DNA of 64,000 bases from the human T2T-CHM13v2.0 reference genome, Homo sapiens. The notes beneath the pieces were generated by a model. It was not told where the DNA came from. It searched no databases and saw nothing but the letters and a program-made list of their open reading frames with translations. How positions within the stretch are numbered: the first letter of the stretch is position 1; each line of letters opens with the position of its first letter. Location: NCBI RefSeq assembly GCF_009914755.1, contig NC_060925.1; one strand, given 5' to 3'. The position numbers and the translations under genes are program-made. Shown here piece after piece: positions 27,740 through 38,630 of the stretch.

Positions 27740-28270
27740 AGCAACACCTTTCCATATGGCCAATTAGTACAGTCGTAAAATGCAGCAAATATATGATGCT
27801 GTATTGAACATCTGTGTTGGTTATCCTATGGGAATTTTTAATAAAGGACCAAGCAGCATATTGATGTTAATTCTACATTACCGGGACTTTAAATAAAAAA
27901 CTAAAATAAATAGCATCCATTAAACTGATCATACTGTTGTAACTCAAATTGTGTTTATTATGCTAATGGAACATGAAATTAAGAAAAAGACCTTTATGCC
28001 AGTGGAATTAATTAATGAGCTTTATGAAGGCATTGGGATGTAATTTATTTCTAGATAAGTAAGTCTAATTTGCAGTTCCATGGGTCTCTGCAATGCTGAT
28101 TCTAATAGTTATTCCTGCAGATGTGCTGCTCACAGCATGTCTTTCCATTAGAACTGAACACCTCATTATATAAACTGTACCTAATTAAACATAATACAGT
28201 GGTGACTTGTTAAACTGGCCTTTTTAAGTCAGCAGCTGCCTAAGCTAATAATACTGTACACAAGATTTAT
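27740..28270. promoter_or_regulatory. Candidate conserved non-coding element / developmental enhancer
   Basis: Non-repeat block with GTCGTAAAA (27772), CCAATTAG, TTTATG x2, AATTAATTAATGA, TAATTTGCA, CTAATTAA and CAGCTG/CAGATG E-boxes. Motif inference only. Confidence 0.35.
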
Positions 28271-28879
28271 ATCATCTTCCCTAGAATACTGATATTAAAA
28301 TATACTGCCCAAGGGATTGATAACTAATTTACCAGTATGTAGCAGGTACATTTCTGATTCTGTGATAAGAGATTAAAGACCAGCAGTCCATAAAAATAAA
28401 ATGAATTCAAGTCCATTTGGAACTTAAGAGTACTCGGGAAACTTTATTAAAACTACATACTTTTAAAAAATCAATAAAATAGTCATGAAAAGAAAGTGAA
28501 CAATAAAAGTAAAAAATATAAATAAATAAATGTGAAAGATCTGGAAGTCCTTTAGGTATTTTTCCAAAGGCATACAAAATTTTTTCAGACTTGACACGCT
28601 GAAATTACATTTGTCACTTATTCTCATATCTGGATTGGATATATACAATCCCTATCTTTATGGCATTTGCTACTAAGGATAAGGTAAATACTTATACTAC
28701 CAGACTTGCTCTACGCCCCTACTTAGATTAGGTTTTGAACTAATATTCTTAACAAATACTACACTATTCTTTCTTTTTCTAATTTTTGGCTGGTAAGATG
28801 AAAATGCAGTAATATAAAGTAAGCCATATACAGCAATATCCACGCTAATTCATGTTCTTCTCCAATTCTACATTCAACT

Positions 28880-29171
28880 GGTTATACCTATTCATCCTTC
28901 AACACTCAATTCGGGCCTCAAGTGCTCTGAAAAGTTGTCCGTGACTCATCCAGTCTGTTTTAGGTGTCTCTTGTTTTATCTCTTAATTACCCAGTGCTTT
29001 TATCTGATTATTGCAGAGATAATGCTATAGTGTAGATGTCCAGAATATATGTCCGTCTCCTCACTCTTACTACCAACAGCTTATGAGACAAGGGCTATCT
29101 ATAATTTATCATTGCAACCCAAGTCCAACTGGAACATTGTGGTGCTTAATAAATATTAGTTGATTGAATGA
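28880..29171 (+). mobile_element. L2 3' end
   Basis: cctattcatccttcaacactcaa...agcttatgagacaagggctatct...gtgcttaataaatattagttgattgaatga. Confidence 0.7.
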
Positions 29172-29693
29172 TTCAAACAATCCTCAACTTGTGACTTTGC
29201 TGTCAATACCTTCTACATTCAACTCCAACAACTTTCTAGGAAGTTAGTAGGTCGCTTGGTAAATATTTGTGAATTTAATCCACTGATGGGCGTTATTAAA
29301 ATCAAAGTCTACTTAACTTATGAGTCGAATATTAATTCAACATCAAATTTAGGGATTCCACACTTCATTCAACTTGGTAATTCTAGATTGTCTCTTTCTG
29401 GTCCCCAACAGCCATCTCCATTTAAAATACATATTATTTGGGTCTTGAGATAATTTCATTTTAGCAGTCTCAAATATCATCTACTAGAAATTTTGAAAAG
29501 TGCCCATATGGCCACTTTGAAACATTTAAACATAGGCATAGTAAGTTTGGATAATTATAAATTGATATTTAGTTGCAGTATATAGTATAAGGCACCATAA
29601 TCCCTGCTGTTAGCTCCTCCTGAAATATTTGTGAGCTCTGCCACTCTCTTTTCAGGTTATCAAAGGGCATTAAACCAAGGTAAATACATACAG

Positions 29694-29710
29694 ACACATG
29701 CGCGCGCGCG

Positions 29711-29758
<48 letters not shown>
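29694..29758. repeat. (CG)9(CA)20 compound microsatellite, Z-DNA-prone
   Basis: acacatg, then cg x9 (29701-29718), then ca x20 (29719-29758). Confidence 0.95.
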
Positions 29759-29760
<2 letters not shown>

Positions 29761-30669
29761 CTAGCTGAAGACCTATGGCACACATTAACTGACTAAAAAA
29801 GATAAACTAGGCAAACCAGATTTCATTTTGGAGAACACTGGAAAAACAAACATGGTTAGTCACTTAGAAATGAAGCTGAAGTGAAAATATTCACAAAATT
29901 GTGTAAGTTCCATGGCAGGCCAAAGTTATTTAGAAGCTAAACATATGAAAGAAGAGAAAAAGCAAAGAAGAAAAGAACAGAAAAGGTGAGGAAAACTTCA
30001 TCAGTCAAGAAGAATACAGTTGCTCAATTGGAAGTAGATATGCTACATGGAACTACTGAGATTTCCTGCCATTACATCAATTTACACAGGAAAAAGTCTC
30101 CTTTTCTTGAGACAACCTAAGTGGACCTCTGTTTTTTTACAGAGAGACAAATTCAAGTGCATTGTTCAAGGGGAGGCATATAAATTACATAATGCATGTA
30201 AATTAAGATAATGCTAGCTACTGTAACAAGCTAAGCTCAAAACTTCAATAGCTGTTCTATTAAGTAGCTGTTCTATTAAAAAGTAGTCTCACAGAAACCA
30301 TTGCTTCCAAACCATTTGCAATGATTGGAATAGAAGTGTTTGTTTCAATAGGGAATGAAGATATTGACTATACCAAGAAAAAGTGATAATTCTATCAAAG
30401 ACACAGGGGATGGGGAGGATGGTGGGGAGAAGAGAGATTGATTTTTAAGTTCTATTTGTTTTTAAATAAAATTTCCATCTTACAATGACTTGGGAAGGTA
30501 GGTTGTGAAATTTGATGAATGTGAAAACTTGACTGAATGCAACTGACACCAGCAGAAAGTAAACTTCATATTCCAGACACTGAATGCAGTTTAATTGTAG
30601 ATACTCTTGCTACCAGTTCTTTTCTTCACTGTTCTGTTGATCTGCCTTAGAGAAGAGCTAACAGGGCAT

Positions 30670-30845
30670 AATAAGTGAAGTCAGAGACATGATTTAATCC
30701 TGTCTTTATAATTATGTAACTTCTAGCAAGCTTTTTGAATATTTCTGGGCCTCAGTTTCTACATCTGAAAATGAGACAACATCTACCTTTCAACTGTTGT
30801 GTAAATTAAGGGGACAATACATATAAAGCTCCTATGACCTGGTAG
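30670..30845 (+). mobile_element. MIR SINE
   Basis: tctgggcctcagtttctacatctgaaaatgagacaacatctacc...gttgtgtaaattaa. Confidence 0.7.
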
Positions 30846-31292
30846 ACTATAGATCTTTACTTTAAAGGGCATTGACTAGTTCAGCTTTGAAATGTAACCT
30901 GAGTATGGCACTATTACTTTGATAAAGTGTTACATGTAGATTCCTGGAAGGATCAAAATTGTTCTGCTTTCCAAAATAACTGAGGCCTCAAATTGTGGAT
31001 ATGCCAACTACTCTTAGATTAAAAACACAACTCTTCAAATTGTGACCTCAGCCCTGAGTTATACAGGCACCAAACTAACAGTTTAAATTATTGTCCCAAT
31101 CTGTCTCTATCCATGATCCATTCAGTAGAATATTAACCCCCATTCTAAATTTTAAAAAGACAAGCATATAGTAATTATAATCCAAACTTACCCTAAGCCT
31201 CTCCAAACAGCAGATAACAATGAGGTTATCTGAAGAGCAGCCACTCAAATTTCATGGTCACCCTCGCATAATGCTGAAACTCAGGCTCCGAT

Positions 31293-32915
31293 GAAACTCC
31301 TCAAAGTCATCTATGAAGATTGGAATCAACTTTTTCAAAATTCCTGTTAATGATAATATTTTGACCTCCTCCCTTGAATCACAAAAGTTCTAAAATGGTG
31401 AAACTTTCCAGAAGGCTTTCAATTTACTTTGCCCAGATTCATCAAAGTAATTACTATCTATGGTACTTATAGCCTTATGAAATGTATTTCTTAATAAGAC
31501 TTGAAAGTCAACATTACTCCATGATCCATGGGTTTCACAATAGATATTGTGTTAACAGGCATGACAACAACATTAATCTCCTTGTATTATACATCTTCAT
31601 CAGAGCTCTTGAATGACCAGGTACATTGTCAATGGGCAGTAATATTTTGAGAAAATCTTTCTTTCTGAGCAGTAGGTCTCAACAGTGGGCTTAAAATATT
31701 CAGTGAACCGCACTATAAACAGATGTGCTGCCATCTACACTTTGTTATTCCATTTGCAGAGCACAGGCAAAGTAAATTTAGCATAATTTTTAAGGTCCCT
31801 AGGACTTTTTGAAAGATATGTTAGCACTGGCTTCAAGTTAAAGTCACCAGATGCATTAGTTCCTAACAAGAATTTCAGCCTGTTCTTTGAAGATTTGAAG
31901 CGAGACATTGTTTTCTCCTTTTTAGCTATGACAGTTCCAAATGGTATCTTCTTCTAATATAAGGCTGTTTCATCTCCATTAAAAATCCATTCTTCAGTAT
32001 ATCCACCTTCATCAATTTTCTTAGGTAGATCTTCTGAATAACTTGCAGCTTCTACATTAGCACTTGCTGTTTCACCTTGCACTTTTATGTTGTAGAGATG
32101 TTTTCTTTCCTTAAACCTTATAAACCAACCTCTGCTAGCACCAAACTTCTTCTGCAGCTTCTTCACTTCTCTCAGCCATTATAGAATTAAAGAGAGTTGG
32201 GGCTTTGCTTTGAATTAGGTCTTGCCTTAAAGGAATGTTGTGGCTAGTTTGATCATCTATCCAGATCACTATAACTTTCTCCATATCAGCAATAAGCTTG
32301 TGCCACTTTCCTATCATTTGTGTGTTCACTGGAGTAGCACTTTTAATTTCCTTCAAAAACTTGACTCTTGCATTCACAACTTGGCTATTTGGCACAAGAA
32401 ATCTAGCTTTCAGCCTATTTTAGCTTTTAATAAGCCTTCCTCACTAAACTTATTTCTAGCTTTTGATTTAAAGCAAGAGATATGCAATTCTTCCTTTCAC
32501 TTGAACACTGACAGGCCATTGTAGGGTTATTAATTGGTCTAATTTCAATATTGTTGTATCTCAGAAAATATAGAGGCCTGACAAGAGGGAGATACATGGA
32601 AAAATGTTTGTCAATGGAGCAGTTAGAACACACGCAACATTTATAAATTAGTTCACCATCTTACATGAGCACAGTTCATGGTGCCCCAAAACAATTACAA
32701 TAGTAGCAACAAAGATCATTGATCACAGATCACCACCACAGGTTTACCAACAATGAAAAAGTTTGAAATATTATGAGAATTACCAGCATGGAATAAAGAG
32801 ACACAAAGTGAGAACATGCTGTTGAAGAAATGAGATAGATTTGCTCGATTCAGGATTGCCACAAACTTTCAATTTGTAAAAAGTAAAGCAAAGCAAATAA
32901 AATGAGATATGCCTG
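31293..32915 (-). mobile_element. Tigger1 (TcMar-Tigger), 3'-truncated
   Basis: 5' TIR CAGGCATATCTCATTTTATT (plus strand aataaaatgagatatgcctg) next to TA at 32916-17; transposase peptides in the track. Confidence 0.95.
31954..32395 (-). pseudogene. Frameshifted Tigger1 transposase (CENP-B-like HTH region)
   Basis: [16 protein letters not shown]...[22 protein letters not shown]...[12 protein letters not shown] and [23 protein letters not shown]...[10 protein letters not shown] in different frames. Confidence 0.9.
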
Positions 32916-33370
32916 TACAAAGAAAGAACCTTAAAAGCACCAAAAGAGAAGCGATTCATCATATACAAGTGATCCTCAATAAGATTGTCATCAGATTTCT
33001 CATCAGACACTTGAGTGGCCAGAAGGTGGTGGGCCAACATATTCAAAGTGCTAAAGGAAAAAAAAACTGTCAACAAAAATCCCTTATTCAGAAAAATTGT
33101 TCTGTAAAAGTAAGGGAGAAATTAAGTAACTCCCAGATAAATAAAACCTGAAAAGAGTTTATTATTACTAAATCTGCCCTGCAAGAAAAGTCCTACAGGG
33201 TGAGATGAAAAAACACCAGACAGTAACTCAAAACTATATGAAGGAATAAATATCTTAATAAAGGTAAATACATGTGACATTATAAAAGCTAGTTATATTC
33301 TAAAAATGGTTTGTAACTCCACTTCTTATTTTCTACATGATTTAAGACATTATATCTTAAATCTTTAATT

Positions 33371-33473
33371 TAGAACTTTTTAATTTAAAAAGTTTTACTC
33401 TAGAACTTTTTAATTTAAAAAGTTTTACTCTAGAACTTTTTAATTTAAAAAGTTTTACTCTAGAACTTTTTAA
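33371..33473. repeat. Perfect 30-bp minisatellite x3.4 with palindromic unit
   Basis: tagaactttttaatttaaaaagttttactc repeated exactly at 33371, 33401, 33431, partial at 33461. Confidence 0.95.
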
Positions 33474-33487
33474 AAGTTATTCATCTA

Positions 33488-33783
33488 GGCCAGACACAGT
33501 AGCTCATCCCTATAATCCCAGCACTCTGGGAGGCCAAGGTGGGAGCATTGCTTGAGCCCAGGAGTTCCAGTCCAGCCTAGGCAACATAGTGAGACCTCGT
33601 CTCTACAAAAAAATTTTAAAATTAGCCAGATATGGTGGCATGTGCCTGTAGTCCCTGCTACTCAGGAGGCTGAAATGGGGGAATCATTTGAGTCTGAGAG
33701 GTCAAACCTGTAGTGAGCAGACATTAAACCATTGTACTCCAGCCTTGGTAACAGAGCAAGACCCTGTCTCAAAAAAAAAAAAA
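33488..33783 (+). mobile_element. AluJ
   Basis: J diagnostics ttgcttgagcccaggagtt, ggcaacatagtgagacc, agcaagaccctgtctc; tcatcta repeated on both flanks. Confidence 0.92.
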
Positions 33784-35110
33784 TCATCTAAAAACTAGCA
33801 ATATTTTATAACTTTGGTTTATAACTCCACCCATTGTTTTCAACATAATTCAAGAAAATCATACATTTAAAATAATTATAGCTTATTTGAGGGGCACACA
33901 ATGTACAAGAATGTAATTTTGTTACATCAAAAACTGAAAGAGGTGCGACAGAGCTATAAAGAAGCAGAGTTTTTGTATGTTAGTGAAGTTAAGCTGGTAG
34001 AAATTCAAATTAGAGTATTATAAATTTAGGGAGTTGATTGTAATCCTCATGGTAACTACAAAGAACATAAAGCTATAGATTATACACAAAAGGAAATAGG
34101 AAAAGAATTTAAACATTTCACTATATGAAACAACTAAACACAAAGTAATGCAGGAAATTGGAGATAAAAAAGCTATAAAACATATAGAAAACAAATTACA
34201 AAATAACAGAAGTAAGTCTCTTATCAGTAATTACTTTAAATATAAATGGATTAAATTCTTCAATCAAAAGACAGAGACAGGCAGAGTGAATTTTAAAAAA
34301 TGGATACAACTGTCTACAATAAATCCATTTTAGATCCAAAACCACAAAGTAATTGACAGCGAAAGAATGAAAGCATATTCTATGTAAATAGTAACCAAAA
34401 AAAAGCAGGATTGCTATATTAAGGTTAGACAAACTAGATATTTAATCAAAGAAGGTCACAAGAGACAAAGAAGAATATTATATATTAATACAAGATTCAA
34501 TATCACCAAAAACACAATAACCATAAACATTTACATACCAAATGACACACCATTAAAAAGAATAAAGTAAAAACTGACAGGATTGAAGGGAGAAATAAAC
34601 AGTTCTGCAATAATAGTTGGAGATTTCAATGCCCTACTTTCAATAATAGATAACAACCAGACAGCTGATAAGTAAGGAAAAAGAGGTCTTAACACAATAA
34701 ACCAACTAGATCTAACAAATAATATAGAACACTCTACCCAACAACAATAGCATACACATTCTTTTCAAGTGCATATGGCAAGTTTTTCAGGATAGACCAT
34801 ATGTTATAACACAAATTAAATCTCAATAGATTTTAAAGGGTAGATACCATAGAATGTATCTCCTTTCAGCACATTGGGATGAAATTTGCTATCAATAACA
34901 GAGAAAAGAAGAAAATTAACAAATTTGTGGAAATTTAACAATCCACTCTTAAACAAACAATGGATCAAATAAGTAATCACAAATGAAATTAGAAAATACT
35001 TCGAAATAAATGAAAATGAAAACACAACATACCAAAACTTATGGGATATTATGAAATTAGTACAAAGCAAGAAATATGCAGCTATAAATTCTAACATTAA
35101 AAAATAAGAA

Positions 35111-35250
35111 AGTTTAGGAAATGTATACACTAAAAGTCCAGACTCCAAAACTCAGCAACTCAGTTGCAGAGTTGAAATGCATGTAAGAAATCTGCATTTG
35201 TACTCCCTAAATCTAAAAAAATTTTAAAAATTAAAACAAAATAAAAATAA
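35111..35250 (+). mobile_element. Short L1PB-type 3' end insertion
   Basis: tacactaaaagtccagact...gcatgtaagaaatctgcatttgtactccctaaat + A-rich tail; flanks aaaa(t/c)aagaa. Confidence 0.65.
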
Positions 35251-36048
35251 AAAACAAGAACAATCTAAAACCAACAGCCTAACTTTACAACTTAAAGAAC
35301 TGTATAAAGAAGAACAAGCTAAACTCAAAGGTAGTAGAATGAAGGAAAACAGAGATTAGAGTACAGATAAATGAAATAGAAAAAGAGTAAAGAAAATCAT
35401 TGAAACCAAAAGTCAATTCTTGGAAAAGATCAACAAAATTGACAAATGTTTAATTAGAAGCACTAAGAATAAAAGAGAGAAGACTCCATTTACTGAAATC
35501 AGAAATGAAAGTTGAGACATTACTACTGATTCTACAGAAGTTAAAAGAATAAGAGAGTGCTATGAAAATTGTACATCAGTAAATTGGACAATCTATATAA
35601 AATGAAAAATTCCTAGAAGGAAAAAAACCTATGAAGCAAACTAAAAAATAAATAGAAAATCTGAAAAGACCTATAACTGGTAAGAAGATTGAATTAGAAT
35701 CAAAATATTTCAACCCAAACAAACAAAGCAACAACAAAAAACCCCTGGACATGATGGCTTCACTGGTGAATTCTACCAAACGTTTAAAGAAGAACACCAA
35801 TACTTCCTAAACTTTTCCCCCAATAAATTGATGAAGAAAAAAACATTTTCTAGTTCATTCTATAAGATCAAAATTCTATGAGACCGCTTTATGAGATCTC
35901 TGATGTCGATGCCAGACAAAGACACAACAAGAAAAGAAAACTGCAGACCAATATTCCTTATGAACATTGAGCCAAAAATTCTCAACAAAATACTAGCAAA
36001 CTGAATTCAGCAACATATTTGAAGGATTACAAACTATGAGCAAGTGGT

Positions 36049-36138
36049 ATTTATTCCTGGAGTGCAAGAATGATTCAACTCAATACATCAATCATTTATT
36101 CCTGGAGTGCAAGAATGATTCAACTCAATAAATCAATC
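36049..36138. repeat. 45-bp tandem duplication in L1 ORF2
   Basis: atttattcctggagtgcaagaatgattcaactcaata(c/a)atcaatc twice, one mismatch. Confidence 0.9.
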
Positions 36139-36394
36139 AGTGTAATACACCATTATAACAGAATGAAGGAAAAAAACATATGATCATCTCAACTGACACA
36201 GAAAAAGCATTTAGCAAAATTCAACAATCTTTCATAATAAAAACCCTGAATAAACTAGGAATAGAAACTACCTCAACATAATAGAAGTTATATATTTAAA
36301 AGCCCAGAGTAAACATCACACTCAACAGTGAAAGACTGAAAGCTTTTCCTCTAACATCAGGAACAAGACAAGGATGCCCATTTTCCCCATGTCT

Positions 36395-37008
36395 AAGATA
36401 GCTTTGGCTATTCTATCTTATTTTTTTCTTGCTTTATTTTCCAGATGAATAAAGAAAATGTGACACATATGCACAATGGAATACTGTTCAGCCATGAGCA
36501 AGAATGACAGTCATTTGCAACAACATGGATGGAACTGAAGATCATTATGTTAAGTGAAATATGCCAGACACAGAAAAGCAAATATCACATGTTCTCAATT
36601 ATTTTTGGAATCTAAAAACCAAAACAATTAGACTCATGGACACAGAGAGTTGAAAGATGGCTACCAGAGGCTGGAAAGCATAGTGGGGAGCTGGTAGTGG
36701 GAGGTGGGGGTGGTTAACGGGTACAAAAATATAGTTAGAAAGAATGAATAAGACCTACTATTTGATAGCACAACAGGGTGACTACAATCAATAATAACTT
36801 AGTTGTGCATTATAAAATAACTTAAAGAGTGTAACTGGGTTGTTTATAATTCAAAGGATAAATGCTTGAGAAGATGGATATCCCATTGTCCATAATGTGT
36901 TTATTTCACATTGCATGCCTGTGTCAAAACATCTCATGTAGCCCATAATAATATACACCTACCATGTAGCCACAAAAATTAAAAATAAAAAAATTTAAAA
37001 ATAAAAAA
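36395..37008 (+). mobile_element. L1MA2-like 3' end with short inverted 5' piece
   Basis: L1MA2 3'UTR (aagacctactatttgatagcacaacagggtgacta...cattgcatgcctgtgtcaaaacatctc) preceded by antisense ORF2 taagatagctttggctattct. Confidence 0.85.
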
Positions 37009-37388
37009 GATCCACATTGGATAGAAAGAAGTAAAATTACCTCTATTTGCACATGACATGATCTTATATGTAGAAAACTCTAAAGATTCCTCACCAAGAA
37101 ACTGTTAAAACTAATAAGTGAACTTATCAAATTAGCAAGATGTAAAGTCAATGCACAATAATCAGTAGCATTCCTATACATTAATAATTAACAACCTAAA
37201 ATAATTAAGAAAATTCCGTTTATGATAGCATCAAAAATAATAAAATACTTAGAAATTAACTTAAGGAGAAAGACTTGCATGATAAAAACTATAAAACATT
37301 GCTAAAAGAAATTTTAAAATATATAACTGAAAACATATCTCATGTTCAAGGGTTGGAAGAATTAATATTGCTAAGATGTCAATACTAC

Positions 37389-38630
37389 TGATAGATGCAG
37401 GAAGCAGATAAGGGAGGGTCCCCAGAGAATCTTCAACCTTCCCCAATATCAGGAGCCCACAACCTGTATCAGTGTGTCCTGGATGTGAGACACGGAGTCA
37501 AAGGTTATTATTTTGGAGCTTTGAGATTTAGTAACTGCCCTGCTGGGTTTTGGATTTGCATGGGTCCTGTAGTGCCTTTATTTTGGCCAATTTCTCCCTT
37601 TTGAAACAGGAATGTTTACCCAGTGCTTGTACCCCCATGGTATCTTGGAGGTAACTAACCTGTTTTTTTATTTTACAGGCTGGTAAGTGGAAGGGACTTC
37701 TCTTGTCTACGATGAGACTTTGGACTCTGGACTTTTGAGTTAACACTGGAATGGGTTAAGATTTTGTGGAATTATTGGGAAGGTATGATTGTATTTTGAA
37801 ATGTGAGAAGGACATGAGCTTTGAGAGGGGCCAGGAACAAAATGATATAGTTTGGATGTATATCCCTGCCCATATCTCATGTTGAAATATAATCCCCAGT
37901 GTCAGAGTTGAAGCTTTGTATTAGTCCGTTTTCACACCACCATAAAGACACTACCTTAGACTGGATGATTTATAAACAAAAGAGGATTAATTGACTCACA
38001 GTTCTGCATAGGTGGAGGGGCCTCAGGAAACTTACAATCATGGCAGAAGGCAAAGGGAAGCAAGACATGTCTTACATGATGGCAGGAAGAGCAAGAGCAT
38101 GGAAGTGCCACACTTTAAACCATCAGCTCTTATGAGAACTCACTAATTATCACGAGAACAGCATTGAGGGAAACTGTTCTCATGATCCAATCACCTCCCA
38201 CCAGAACCCTCCCTTGACATGTGGGGATTACAATTCCAGATGAGATTTGGGTGGGGACACAGAGGCAAACCATATCAGGCTTGGTGGAAGGTGATTGGAT
38301 CATGGGGGTGGTTTTCTAATAAATGGTTTAGCATCGTCTTTTTGGTGCTGTCCTCATGATAGTGAGTGAATTCTCATGAGATCTGGTCCTTTAAAAGTGT
38401 GTGGCACCTTTCCCTATTCTCTCTTGCTCGCGCTCTGGCCATATGATGTGCCTGCTCCCCCCTTCATCTTCCAGCATGATTGCAAGTTTCCTGAGGCCTT
38501 TCCAGAAGCTGAACAGATGCCAGCATCATGCTTCCTGTACAGCCTACAGAACTCTGAGCCAATTAAATGTCTTTTCTTTATAAATTACCCAGCCTCAGTA
38601 ATTTTTAAAAGGCAAGAACAGCCTAAAATA
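37389..38630 (+). mobile_element. Composite LTR insertion: ERV1-like LTR stub (37389-~37445) + MSTA-int 3' part + MSTA LTR (37843-38630)
   Basis: tgatagatgcaggaagcagataagggagggtcccc stub; MaLR-int ggatgtgagacacggagtcaaagg...gaggggccagg; LTR tgatatagtttggatgt...cttcctgtacagcct. Confidence 0.8.
37917..38277 (-). mobile_element. THE1C-like solo LTR nested in the MSTA LTR
   Basis: tgtattagtccgttttcac...ggaaacttacaatcatggcagaaggc...gagatttgggtggggacacag...ccatatca; TSD agctt/ggctt. Confidence 0.9.

Noticed and set aside
30249-30279. 16-bp tandem duplication of tagctgttctattaa
   Set aside because: Real, but an ordinary slippage duplication with no further structure.
33371-33473. CRISPR-like 30-bp palindromic repeats
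   Set aside because: Head-to-tail with no spacers, in primate DNA with no cas genes; it is a minisatellite.
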